DNA of 64,000 nucleotides from Candidatus Eiseniibacteriota bacterium (GCA_963744995.1 CAVUWA010000004.1:32001-96000), one strand, 5' to 3'. Shown: positions 10,834-21,199, counted from the first letter of the stretch. Numbers and translations: made by a program. The notes: generated by a model from the sequence alone, not told the origin.

Positions 10834-11514
10834 ATGCGTTCCTGCATTCGCCCTTCGTTGGGATCCATGCTCGCCATCGCCATCGCGCTGGCGGTATCGA
10901 CGCCGGCCCGCGGCGGTGTGTGCCCGGCGAGCCGGTACCTGGTGACCGGCACCACGCCGGTCACGACCACCGCGGGGACCTTCGAGGCCGACGACTCGGG
11001 GCATCACGTCGCGGCCGATCTCGGGCAGGGACACGTCGAGATGAGTCAGCCGGGCACGCTGGCGACGACGTGGGTCGACGCGGCCGACGCGTACGACGTC
11101 AGCGGCGTCGCGCCCGGCACCGCGGTGCCGCTCACGGCCCTGTTCGACGTGAACGGTTCGGTCTCGACCCCCGGATGCGGCGGCAGCGGGTGCAGCGGCT
11201 ACGTGACGATCCGGATCACGCACGGCGCGGCCTATGCCGAGACGACCTACTCGATTGGCCTCTTCAACGGCAGCCAGTCCTTTCACGACGTGCGCCGGTT
11301 GCCGGTCACGATCGTCGCCGGCACGCCCGAGGTCGTGAGCTTCAAGCTGCTCGGCGGACGCGCGCCCGGCGGTGACCATGCGTCCGAGGGCCGCGGTCAG
11401 ATCGGTTTTGCGGATCTCCCGGCCGGCGTTGCCGTCATCTCGTGCCAGGGATTCGGCGGCGCGACGCCGGTTTCGCGCAGGAGCTGGGGGGCGTTGAAGA
11501 CGATCTATCGGTGA
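10834..11514 (+). CDS. Secreted hypothetical protein with C-terminal TPVSRRSWGALKTIYR tail
   Basis: GGAGG RBS, signal peptide, beta-rich Cys-containing body, distinctive terminal motif. Confidence 0.75.
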   Translation: MRSCIRPSLGSMLAIAIALAVSTPARGGVCPASRYLVTGTTPVTTTAGTFEADDSGHHVAADLGQGHVEMSQPGTLATTWVDAADAYDVSGVAPGTAVPLTALFDVNGSVSTPGCGGSGCSGYVTIRITHGAAYAETTYSIGLFNGSQSFHDVRRLPVTIVAGTPEVVSFKLLGGRAPGGDHASEGRGQIGFADLPAGVAVISCQGFGGATPVSRRSWGALKTIYR

Positions 11515-11640
11515 TTCGCCGCGCGACGAGCGTCGCGATCGGAGGCACGAGCGCCATCCGGCGACGGCCCGAAGTATCGAGCACGGTGATTGGACATGCC
11601 TCTGACATATCCGCGATGGGGGAGCGGCTAGGGTGCGCAC

Positions 11641-12111
11641 ATGGCGACCTACACACTGACCGTGAACGGCCGCGAACATGCGGTCGACGTCGAACCGGAC
11701 ACCCCGCTGCTGTGGGTGCTGCGCGACGTCATCGGTCTCACCGGCACCAAGTTCGGCTGCGGCGAAGGCGTGTGCGGCGCGTGCGCCGTCCATGACGCCG
11801 AAGGCCGCGCGCTGCGCTCGTGCATGACGACGATCCTCGACGCGGCGGGTGGCCGCTTCACGACCGTCGAGGGACTGGGCCGCGACTCGCTGCACGCCGT
11901 ACAGCAGGCGTGGCTCGACGAAGACGTCGCCCAGTGCGGTTACTGCCAGCCCGGCATGATCATGACCGCCGCCGCGCTGATCACCGAGAAGCCCGAACCG
12001 AGCGACGCCGACATCGACGAGGCCATGGCGAGTTCCGTCTGCCGCTGCGGCACCTACAACCGGATGCGCGTGGCGATCCGCCGCGCCGCCCGCGAAATGC
12101 GCCGCGGATGA
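11641..12111 (+). CDS. (2Fe-2S)-binding small subunit of a xanthine-dehydrogenase-family molybdoenzyme (IorA/CoxS-like)
   Basis: [30 protein letters not shown]. Confidence 0.93.
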   Translation: MATYTLTVNGREHAVDVEPDTPLLWVLRDVIGLTGTKFGCGEGVCGACAVHDAEGRALRSCMTTILDAAGGRFTTVEGLGRDSLHAVQQAWLDEDVAQCGYCQPGMIMTAAALITEKPEPSDADIDEAMASSVCRCGTYNRMRVAIRRAAREMRRG

Positions 12112-14350
12112 CGCTCAGCCGCCGTGAATTCCTGCGCCGTTCGGCGATGGCAGGGGGGAGCCTGGTGATCGCGGCGTGGCTCCCGGAGCTGGCGTTCGGC
12201 GAGGAGGAGAAGACCGGCGTCGATTTCGAGCCGAACGTGCTGATCCGGATCTCGCCCGACGACGTGGTGACGCTCACGGTGATCCGCCACGAAATGGGGC
12301 AGGGGGTCCGCACGCTGCTGCCGATGATCATGGCCGAGGAGCTCGAGGCCGACTGGAGCAAGGTGATCATCGAGCAGGCGGTGACCGGTCCGAAATTCAA
12401 GGGCATCCGCCTGCACACGAGCGGCAGCGGCACCACGCGCGGTACCTGGGACGGCCTGCGCAAGGCCGGGGCGATGGGCCGCGAGATGCTCGTGGCCGCC
12501 GCCGCGGAAGCCTGGGGCGTCCCCGCGTCGTCGTGCCGTGCCCTGAACGGCCGGGTGCTCCACGAAGCGAGCGGACGGCGGCTGAGCTACGGCGCGCTGG
12601 CCGGGCGTGCCGCGCAGCAGCCGAAGCCCGAATCGCCGCGGCTCAAGGAGCCTTCGGAGTTCCGCTTCATCGGCAAGTCCATGAAGCGCATCGACGGTCC
12701 TGACGATCGTCACCGGCCGCGCCGTGTACGGCATGGACGTGCGGGTCCCGGACATGGTGTTCGCCAGCATCGAGCGTCCGCCCGTGCTGGGCGGGAAGCT
12801 GGTGCGCTACGACGATGCGGCCGCACGCCGCATCGAGCGGCGTGATCGGCACGATGCCGGTGCGCGCCGGCATCCAGCAGGGCGTGGCGGTGATCGCGAA
12901 CTCCACGTGGGCGGCGATGCGCGCGCGCCGGGCGCTCGAGATCACGTGGGACCGGGGGCGCCAGGCGGATTTCGATTCCGACCGTTTCGCGGCCGATCTC
13001 GAGGGCTGGTTCGAGCGCGCGACCTACCGCGTGCGCCACGAAGGCGACGCGCCCGCCGCGCTCGCCGCCGCGGCGCGGCGCCACCAGGCCACGTACGCGT
13101 TCCCGTTCCAGGTGCATGCGCCCCTCGAGGTGATGAACTGCACGGCCGAGGTGCGCGCCGACCGCGCGGAGTTCTGGGCGCCGACCCAGACGCAGTTCCG
13201 CTGCATGCAGCAGGCGGTGAAGGTCACGGGCCTTCCCGAGGATTCGATTCGCATTCACGCCGTTCTGATGGGCGGCGGTTTCGGACGCCGGCTGTTCGCC
13301 GACTACCTGGCGGAGGCCGCGGAGATCTCGAAGTCCATCGCGCGCCCGGTGCAGGTCGTGTGGACCCGCGAGGACGACATGCGCCACGGCTACTTCCAGC
13401 CGTGCACGGCGCAGCGCTTCACCGCCGGGCTCGACGCGGCCGGTCGACTGGTGGCGCTCGAGCACCGCACGACGACCTCGTCGCTGACGATCTACGACAT
13501 TCACGACGGTCGTGACCTCTACGGCGACACGCCGCTGCCGCGCCCGGAGCCGGACTCGTTCGAGAGCGGCCAGTCACCGTGGGGCGCCTACGACAACCCA
13601 TACGCGATTCCGAACCTCAAGGTGGATGCGGCGTCGGTGCCGAGTCCGGTGCCGCACGGGCCGTGGCGCGCGGTCGAGTATCCGTCCACGGTGTGGGGCC
13701 GCGAGTCGTTCCTCGATGAGCTCGCGCATCTGGCCGGCGTGGATCCGCTCGCCTACCGGATGAAGCTGCTGGAAGGCGGCGTCCGGCAGGTCGGACCGTT
13801 CCCGATCGACGGCGGGCGGCTGCGTGCCGTGCTCGCGCTCGCCGCGGAGAAGTCCGGATGGGGCACGAAGCCCGCTGCCGGCGACGGACGCCTGCGCGGC
13901 AGGGGCATCGCCGCGAACGTGTACCACGCCGGCAGCTACATGGCGCAGGTGGCCGAGGTCTCGGTCGCGCCCGACCTGTCCGATCTGCGCGTCGAGCGGA
14001 TCGTGTGCGCGATCGACTGCGGGCGCATGCTGCACCCCGAGGGCCTCATGGGGCAGGCCGAGAGCGGCATCACCTGGGGGCTCTCGTACACGCTCGGCGG
14101 CAAGGTGGACTTCCGCAACGGGCTCGCCGTGCCGCGCGGCTACGACGATTTCACGGTCATGCGCATGGACCGCATGCCGCGGGTCGAGATGCACGTGGTG
14201 CCCGCCGCCCATCGCCCGGGCGGGTTCGGCGAGCATCCGGTGCCGATGGCGGCGCCGGCCGTCGGCAACGCGGTCTTCGCCGCGACCGGCCTGCGCGTGC
14301 GGCAGTTGCCGATCACGCCGGCCGCACTGCAGGCGGCGCAGCGCGGCTGA
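12108..14350 (+). CDS. Tat-exported molybdopterin-binding subunit (IorB/aldehyde oxidoreductase-like), split by two +1 frameshifts (about 12705 and 12835-12838)
   Basis: ATGA overlap with the small subunit. SRREFL twin-arginine signal, [42 protein letters not shown] spread over three consecutive frames. Confidence 0.88.
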
Positions 14351-14462
14351 GCGCCGACGGCCGCGCCACGGCGTCCATCGGCAGGCTTGCTGCTCATCGC
14401 CTGCGCGCCGCCGCCGGTCTGCGCGTTTCCTTCATGCGCTTCGCTCCGGCATGATGCGCGCC

Positions 14463-15347
14463 ATGTCCGCTTCGACCCTATTGCGCGTCGGTCTCGCCGG
14501 CGCCGGCCCCTGGGCCGCAAAGGCTTATGCGCCGATGCTCGCCGAGGGAGAAGGGACGGCGCTCGCCGGCATCTGGGCACGCCGCCCGGAAGCCGCGCAC
14601 GCGCTCGCCGCGGCCCACGGCGCCCGGGCCGTCGCCTCGTTCGACGCCCTGCTCGAGCTGAGCGATGCGATCGCGTTCGCGGTGCCGCCCGACGTGCAGG
14701 TCGAGCTGGCGATCCGCGCCGCGCGCGCCGGGAAGCATCTGCTGCTCGACAAGCCGCTCGCGCTCACGCTGGATGAGGCGCGCCGGCTGGCGGCCGAGGT
14801 CGAGCGGGCGGGCGTCGTCAGCCAGCTGATGCTCACGCAGCGCTTCCGTCCGGCCGCGACGAAGTTCATCGCGGACGCGCGGCGGGCGGCCGGCATCGGC
14901 GCGCGGCTGGCGTTCCTGTCGAGCGCGTTCGTGCGCGGCCCGTACGCGACCTCGTGGCGACGAGAGCACGGCGCGCTGCACGACCTCGGCCCGCACGCGT
15001 TCGATCTGCTCGACGCGGCGCTCGGTCCGATCCTGCGCATCGAAGGCCGCGGCGACCCGCGCCGCTGGGTCGCGCTCGTCTGCGAGCATGCGGGCGGCGC
15101 GGTGAGCGAGCTCGCGATGTCCGGCGTCATGGAGCTGCCGCAGTCGGTGTTTCGCATCGACGTCTACGGCACGGGCGAGGTGGTGACGTTCGACGGCGTG
15201 GCCGCCGCGTCCGAGACCCCCTGGCCCGCCGCGCGGCGCGCGTTCATCGACGCCGTGCGTGCCGGGCGCTCCGCGGATCTCGACGTGCGGCGCGGACTGA
15301 TGCTGCAGGAGGTGATCGAGCGCGCACGCCTCGCCGTCCTGCGCTGA
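14463..15347 (+). CDS. Gfo/Idh/MocA family NAD(P)-dependent oxidoreductase
   Basis: RVGLAGAGPWA, AGKHLLLDKPLA, GALHDLGPHAFD. Confidence 0.88.
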   Translation: MSASTLLRVGLAGAGPWAAKAYAPMLAEGEGTALAGIWARRPEAAHALAAAHGARAVASFDALLELSDAIAFAVPPDVQVELAIRAARAGKHLLLDKPLALTLDEARRLAAEVERAGVVSQLMLTQRFRPAATKFIADARRAAGIGARLAFLSSAFVRGPYATSWRREHGALHDLGPHAFDLLDAALGPILRIEGRGDPRRWVALVCEHAGGAVSELAMSGVMELPQSVFRIDVYGTGEVVTFDGVAAASETPWPAARRAFIDAVRAGRSADLDVRRGLMLQEVIERARLAVLR

Positions 15348-15438
15348 CGGGCCCGGCACGCCAGCTTAACCGGATGGCCCGCAGCGGCTTCGATCTCCGC
15401 CGTTGACAAGGGCCCGCTCCGACCGGGACCATCTCCTC

Positions 15439-16428
15439 ATGCCGAGCGCACACCGGGTTCCCCCAGACCCGTCCGGCGCGGTTCTCCGCGCGCCGGGCCT
15501 TGCGCGCCGCGCCGCGTTGCGCTGCGCGCCGCTCGTGGCGGCCGCGTGGCTCGCACTCGCCGCGCTTCCGGGCACGGCGCGCGCCCAGTGCGCCGAGGCG
15601 CCGCCGCTCGCGAACTACACCGGCACCACGCGCATCGCGTGCCCGTGCTTCGTTCCCACCGAACAGGCGGGCGTCGTGCTCACCGCACCGGCGGGCGACT
15701 ATCCGCTCGAGATCCTGCGTGTCGGCATCGCGTGGGGCTCGCAGTTCGGCGGCTCGCCGCAGTCGCTGGAAGAGGCAATCCACATCTATGCGGGCGGGCT
15801 GCCGAACCCGGGAACGCCGATCTTCTCACTGCCCGGACCGGTGATGACCGACGGTTTCCTCAACGAGTTCGACCTCGAACCGTTGCCGGGTGAGATCACG
15901 GTGATGTCCGGGCCGTTCACGGTCGCGCTGGAGTTCCTCAATCAGAACGCGGGGGACATCTACGCGCCGAGCGTCGTCAGCGACGGCAACGGCTGCCAGG
16001 CGGGCAAGAACGTGGTGTACGCGCAGCCGGGTGGCTGGAGCGATGCCTGCGGGCTGGGCGTGTCGGGCGATTGGGTCATGTACGCGGTCTACCGGCCGTG
16101 CGTGGGCTCGGTCGGCGTCGGGGACGACACGAAGATCGCGATGTCCGCGCCGCTGCTGCTCATGGCGCCGCGACCCAATCCGGCGCGCGGCGGCGCGACC
16201 GAACTGGAGTTCGCACTGGCCGAGGCGGGCGACGCCACCCTGACGGTCTACGATGTGAGCGGACGCAGGGTCGCCGTGCCGGCCGCCGGCACCTTTTCCG
16301 CGGGCCCGCACCGCGCGCGCTGGGACGGGCGGATGCTCGACGGGGCCCGTGCCGCCGCCGGCATGTACTTCCTCGAGCTGCGTTCCGGTTCGCATCGCGC
16401 CCGGCGCACGCTGCTGGTCGCCCGCTAG
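15439..16428 (+). CDS. Secreted Cys-containing hypothetical protein with C-terminal FlgD/T9SS-like domain
   Basis: Signal ending ARA-QC. Tail PRPNP...VYDVSGRRV...WDGR...GMYFLEL. Start position uncertain. Confidence 0.75.
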   Translation: MPSAHRVPPDPSGAVLRAPGLARRAALRCAPLVAAAWLALAALPGTARAQCAEAPPLANYTGTTRIACPCFVPTEQAGVVLTAPAGDYPLEILRVGIAWGSQFGGSPQSLEEAIHIYAGGLPNPGTPIFSLPGPVMTDGFLNEFDLEPLPGEITVMSGPFTVALEFLNQNAGDIYAPSVVSDGNGCQAGKNVVYAQPGGWSDACGLGVSGDWVMYAVYRPCVGSVGVGDDTKIAMSAPLLLMAPRPNPARGGATELEFALAEAGDATLTVYDVSGRRVAVPAAGTFSAGPHRARWDGRMLDGARAAAGMYFLELRSGSHRARRTLLVAR

Positions 16429-16526
16429 GGTTTCTGCCGAAAGGTCCGCGCGGGGACGCGGGGGCGGGGGGTCACCGGGGCGCCCTGCACCTCGCATCCG
16501 CCGCGCGGCCCGCACCCGGAGGCGGC

Positions 16527-16569
16527 AAAAAGAAAGCGGCGCGGGATCCGTCCAGGCATCCCGCGCCGC
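16527..16569 (-). terminator. Intrinsic terminator of the coiled-coil gene
   Basis: 12-bp stem GCGGCGCGGGAT/ATCCCGCGCCGC followed by TTTCTTTTT on the minus strand. Confidence 0.8.
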
Positions 16570-16593
16570 GCCGGCTTCCCTGCCGGTGAACGA

Positions 16594-19278
16594 TCAGGCC
16601 ACGCGGGCCTCCGCGTCGTCCTCGTCATCCATGCCGTCTTCGTCGTCGGCATCGCCGATGGCCACGGCCTCGCGCACGTCCGCCGTCATCGAGCGTTCGT
16701 CGCGCAGACCTTCGATCATCGCCTCCGCCTGCTTGAGCAGGAACTTCAGCGAACCCGCCTTCTCGATCGCCTGATCGACGATCGCCTTCTGTCCCTGCAC
16801 GGCTTCGAGCCCCGAGCGCACCTCGACCAGGAATCCGTCGGCGCGGGCGAGCCGCTCTTCGGCCTTGGTCAGCTGGCGGTGACGCTCGTCGATCGAGCTC
16901 TCCATGTTCTCGATCTCGCGCAGCCTGGCCATCACATCGTCCAGGACGGCGCGGGTCTCTTCGATCTCGCGATTCGCCGTGGTGATGGTACGCACCTCGG
17001 ACGAGGTCTTCTCGGCCATGGCGAACATGCGCTCGAGGTCCTTGCGCAGGGTCTTGACCGTGTCCTGCCGCGCCGCGATCTGCTCGAGCGAGCGGGTCAC
17101 GTCCTCGTCCACGCTCTGCCAGCGGGCGATGCGCTCCTCGAACTGGCCGAGCCGGCGATCCACGCTGCGCAGGTCCGCGACGCGGGCCTCGAGCGCGGTC
17201 GACAGCTCACCGACCTCGGTGGCCCTCAGGTCGGCAGTGGCGACGGCCTCCGCCAGCTGCGTGGACAGCTCGCCAAGCGCCTCCGCGGACTGGGCCGCCT
17301 CCTGCCGCAGCTTCGAGGCGCGCTGCAGCTTCTGCGACGCGTCTTCGAGCGCCTTCTGCCGCTGCTCGATCTCCTCGCGCAGCGACTGCGTGCGATCGGC
17401 GATCGATTCCACCGACTCGCAGCGGGCCTCGAACGAGGTGACGGCCTCGCCGAGCGCCTCGATCTTGCGCGTGGTCTCGTGGACGCCCTCGACGACGCCG
17501 GCGATCGTGTTGCTGATGCGCTCGGCTTCGTCCGACTGGTCGTTGAGACCGATGAAGCGCTGCTCCGCGGCGTCCATGCGCGACTGCAGCTCGCGGCCGC
17601 GGTCGTCGAGCTCCGCCGCCAGCGAACCGGCCTCGGCCAGGCGGCCGTGCAGCGCCTCCACGAACTCGCGGCGCGTGGCGATCGACTCCAGCTGCTCGTT
17701 CACGCGCTGCGTCTGGCGCTCCGCGTGCTCGAGGGCAGGGGCCATGTCCTTCAGCGCCCCGACGCGGTCACGCATCTCGCGCAGGGACTGCTCGGTGTCG
17801 ATCAGCCAGGTGCGGACCTCGGACTGGTTCTCGCGCATGCGGCCGATCTCGCGGTGCGCCACCTGGGCCTGCTCGATGGTGTCCTTGACCATCGCCTGGG
17901 CGCCGCTCAGTTCGTGCAGGTCGCGCAGCACCGTGTCCACGACGGGGCGCGTTTCTTCGATGCGGGCGACCTTGGTGCCGAGTTCCTCGGCCACGCGGCG
18001 TGACGCATCGAGCCCCTCGCGCATGACGTGCAGCTTGCGGATCTCGTCGTCGATGCCCGCGGCGTCGACCATGAGGTTCTCGACCTGCGACATCAGCGCG
18101 CGGGTCTGCGCATTGAGTTCGCTCACGGTCTGGCTGGACTCGCGCAGGTCGTGATAGCGGTTCTCGAACTCGGTCAGCGCGCCGCGCAGATCGGCGACCC
18201 GCTGGCTCACCGACTCGAGCCCCTTGCTCTCGAAGTCGAACCGCTCGACCGAATTCCTCGCCTCGTCGCGCGCCGCGTTCAGCTCCTGGCGCATGCCGCC
18301 GACCTGTTCGTCGGTCTGGCGCAGGAGGGAGGTCACCGAGTGCGAACGCTCGACGACCTCTTCGTTCAGCTTGCGCAGGCTCACGACCTCGTCCTGCAGT
18401 GAGTTCAGGCTGCGGGCGTTGTCCTTCTGCTGCTGGACGCCCGCGTCGAGCTTGCGCATCGCCTGCTCGAGCATCTCGGACTGTGCCAGCGCCCGCTCGA
18501 CCGCCTCACGCTGCGCTTCGAGCGAGGCGCTCTTCTGGGCCAGCGAGTCCGCCAGCGTCTTCAGCGTGCCGAGTTCGCGCTTCACGTCGTCCACCGTGCT
18601 GCGGACGCCGTCCATGCCGCGGATCGCCTGCTCGACGCTGAGCACGCGGCGCTCCTTGTCGGTCAGGTCGCGGCTCAACTCCTCACGGCGGCGGTCGAGC
18701 GCCTCCATCTTGGACATGGCGAGCTTGTGGGCATCGGTCAGCCGCTCGTTCTGCTCGCGCATGCGGCCGAGCTGGCCGCTGGTCGCCTCGACCTGGCTGC
18801 GCAGCTCCGCCACGTCATCACGTACGATCTGGAACGGCTTCTCGATTTCGAGGAAGTTCTCGAGACGCTCCTTGAGGTCGCCGGCCAGATCCACCTTCGC
18901 GCTCAGCTCCTCGAAGACCTCGCGGACGCGCTGCGAGTCCTCGGTCACGGAGGCGAGTTTCGCCTGCGCTTCCTCGTGCGTGGCGGCGAGCCGCTCGGAT
19001 CGCTCGTCGATCGTCTGGATCTGCGACGAGAGCACCGCCACCGCCTGCAGGCGTTCCTCCATGTCGGTCACCCGCGCGACCATGGCGTCCACGTCTTCGC
19101 CGGCTTTGATCATCGGCTCGCCGAGCGTCCCGAGGCGCTCCGCAGCCGCGTTGGACTTCTCGATCAGAGTCGAGAAGCGCTCGCGCTCCTTGCGCAGTTC
19201 GTCGAGCACGGCGCGAAGCTCAGCCGCACTCTCTCGATCCTTGGAGCCGTTGCCGAACAGGTTCTTCAGAGGCGTCAT
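16594..19278 (-). CDS. Large (894 aa) coiled-coil protein of unknown function
   Basis: Continuous E/R/L/A/Q heptad-like sequence, acidic tail, no Walker A or TM segment visible. GGGAG RBS, own terminator. Confidence 0.85.
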   Translation of the reverse strand: MTPLKNLFGNGSKDRESAAELRAVLDELRKERERFSTLIEKSNAAAERLGTLGEPMIKAGEDVDAMVARVTDMEERLQAVAVLSSQIQTIDERSERLAATHEEAQAKLASVTEDSQRVREVFEELSAKVDLAGDLKERLENFLEIEKPFQIVRDDVAELRSQVEATSGQLGRMREQNERLTDAHKLAMSKMEALDRRREELSRDLTDKERRVLSVEQAIRGMDGVRSTVDDVKRELGTLKTLADSLAQKSASLEAQREAVERALAQSEMLEQAMRKLDAGVQQQKDNARSLNSLQDEVVSLRKLNEEVVERSHSVTSLLRQTDEQVGGMRQELNAARDEARNSVERFDFESKGLESVSQRVADLRGALTEFENRYHDLRESSQTVSELNAQTRALMSQVENLMVDAAGIDDEIRKLHVMREGLDASRRVAEELGTKVARIEETRPVVDTVLRDLHELSGAQAMVKDTIEQAQVAHREIGRMRENQSEVRTWLIDTEQSLREMRDRVGALKDMAPALEHAERQTQRVNEQLESIATRREFVEALHGRLAEAGSLAAELDDRGRELQSRMDAAEQRFIGLNDQSDEAERISNTIAGVVEGVHETTRKIEALGEAVTSFEARCESVESIADRTQSLREEIEQRQKALEDASQKLQRASKLRQEAAQSAEALGELSTQLAEAVATADLRATEVGELSTALEARVADLRSVDRRLGQFEERIARWQSVDEDVTRSLEQIAARQDTVKTLRKDLERMFAMAEKTSSEVRTITTANREIEETRAVLDDVMARLREIENMESSIDERHRQLTKAEERLARADGFLVEVRSGLEAVQGQKAIVDQAIEKAGSLKFLLKQAEAMIEGLRDERSMTADVREAVAIGDADDEDGMDDEDDAEARVA

Positions 19279-19678
19279 CTCGTTACTCCCTGGGCGCGCC
19301 GCCGGAACGAAGCCGGTCGGCGAGAGGCTGGGGTGGTGGTCGTCGGGTCGATAGGGAAGCGGCGGTGAACCGTGCGGGCGGGCTGTCATGCAAGATGCAG
19401 GCCCCGCGATGCGCGCCGCCCGTTCCGGCGGCGCGCGCGCCCCCTCGGCTTCGAGTGCCGCGCGAGAGTCGTCCCCGAACCCGTTGTCGCGACGAATGTT
19501 CGACAGCCAGCCGGAATCCGGACCGGCACCCGGCCCCGGCGGCGTCGCGGCCGGTCGGCGGGAAAGCGCCGATCACGAATTCACCGGGGTGGCCGCGATC
19601 TGATCGAGTGGGCCCGCCCGGGTTTCGCGTTCTGCGCGCCGCCGCAGCCCCCGCTCGCGGCGGCCCGCGCAGGGCCGG

Positions 19679-20917
19679 CTACCAGTGCAGCGCGAGCGCC
19701 TCCAGGCCATGGAAGTGCCAGGTGTCGCGGTAGCGCGGCGCGGCGGCGAGCGCCGGGCGCGGGATCCGCTCGAACAGGACCCGCAACGCGATCGCGATTT
19801 CCATGCGCGCGAGCGGAGCGCCGAGGCAGAAGTGAATGCCGGCGCCGAAGCTCACATGCGGGTTGGGCGCGCGGGCTGGATCGAAGCGGTCGGGCGCGGC
19901 GAACCTCTGCGGGTCGCGATTCGCCGCGGCGAGCAGCACCCCGACGCGCTCGCCCTGCCGGATCGCGACGCCGCAGGCCTCGCTGTCCTCGAGCGCCCAG
20001 CGCGTGAACAGATGAAGCGGCGGATCGAAGCGCAGCGTTTCCTCGACCAGCGCCGTGGCGGCTGCGGGCCGGGCCAGCTGCGCCGCCGCGTCCACGCCCG
20101 CTTCGAGGATCGTCTTCACGCCGTTGCCGATCGCGTGCACGGTCGCTTCGTGTCCGGCATTGAGGAGCAGGATCACCGTGGACACCAGCTCGTCCTCGCT
20201 CAGGCGCTCCGCGCCGTCCGGCGTGGCGATGAGACCCGACAGCAGGTCCTCGCCCGGTGCGGCGCGCCGCTCCGCGATCAGCGCACGCACGGCCGCGGAG
20301 AACGCCACCGTCGCCGCGGCGGCGCGGCGCTCGATCGCTTCGTCGCGGCGCGCCTGGTAGATCGCCACCATGTCGTGCGACCACTCGAGCAGCTGCGGCG
20401 CCAGGGCGGATGGCACGCCCAGCATGCCGGCGATCACCCGCACGGGGATGGGCGTGGCGTAGCGCTCGAGCACGTCGGCTTCACCCGCCGCCGCGAACGC
20501 ATCGATGCACTCGTGCGCGATCGCCTCGATCCGCGGCGCGAGCGGCTCGATGCTGCGGGCGGTGAAGGCGCGCTGCACGAGGGCACGCAGGCGCGTGTGC
20601 GCCGGCGGCTCGAGCTCGAGGAGCGAATGGCGCTCGAACGCTTCCACGGGAGCCATGTGCGCCGGGGGTTCCGGCCAGCCGAGCGCTTCACGGCTTGCGA
20701 CGTGCAGGATCTGGCGGCCGAAGCGGCGGTCGCGCAGCAGCGCATGGACGTCGGCGTGACGGGCGAAGCAGCGCAGGCCGAGCTCTTCCCAGAACACGGT
20801 CGGACATTCCCGGTGGAGCGCCGCCCAGAGCGGGTTGGGATCCTGCACGAACGCCGGATCGCGCGGATCGAGCGACAGCGTGCCCGCCCGGGCATCGAGC
20901 GCGAACGGCGTGCTCAT
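19679..20917 (-). CDS. Cytochrome P450
   Basis: HTRLR, I-helix AGHEAT, EETLR (ExxR), FGAGIHFCLG heme ligand. Confidence 0.95.
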   Translation of the reverse strand: MSTPFALDARAGTLSLDPRDPAFVQDPNPLWAALHRECPTVFWEELGLRCFARHADVHALLRDRRFGRQILHVASREALGWPEPPAHMAPVEAFERHSLLELEPPAHTRLRALVQRAFTARSIEPLAPRIEAIAHECIDAFAAAGEADVLERYATPIPVRVIAGMLGVPSALAPQLLEWSHDMVAIYQARRDEAIERRAAAATVAFSAAVRALIAERRAAPGEDLLSGLIATPDGAERLSEDELVSTVILLLNAGHEATVHAIGNGVKTILEAGVDAAAQLARPAAATALVEETLRFDPPLHLFTRWALEDSEACGVAIRQGERVGVLLAAANRDPQRFAAPDRFDPARAPNPHVSFGAGIHFCLGAPLARMEIAIALRVLFERIPRPALAAAPRYRDTWHFHGLEALALHW

Positions 20918-21185
20918 GCGGACCGGCGCCCCGCCGGCGGGCAATCGAGGCGCGTGGACGGAGCGGAAGCGCAGACCGGGGAAGTGAGGGTCATGGCCGC
21001 GGCAACACACATGGCGCGCCGGAGGGGCCGTGCCCGGGGAGTGGTCCGGAGCCCGGTGGCCCCGGCCTCCGCCCGGTCCCTCGGCGGGACCGCCTGCCGG
21101 CGCTCGGGTGCCGGGGGGCAAATCAGCTTGAATCCGCCCTCCGGGTGGGGCATCCTAACCTTCGATTCGGTAGCAGGTGGAGATT

Positions 21186-21199
21186 CGAACGAATGTTCG
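21186..21199. promoter_or_regulatory. Palindrome matching the Gram-positive-type LexA (Cheo) box
   Basis: CGAACGAATGTTCG fits CGAACRNRYGTTCG exactly. Lies in the divergent P450/csp intergenic region. Confidence 0.4.

Noticed and set aside
16594..19278. SMC/SbcC or chemoreceptor call for the coiled-coil protein
   Set aside because: No Walker A/B, signature motif, hinge or MCP hairpin sequence visible.
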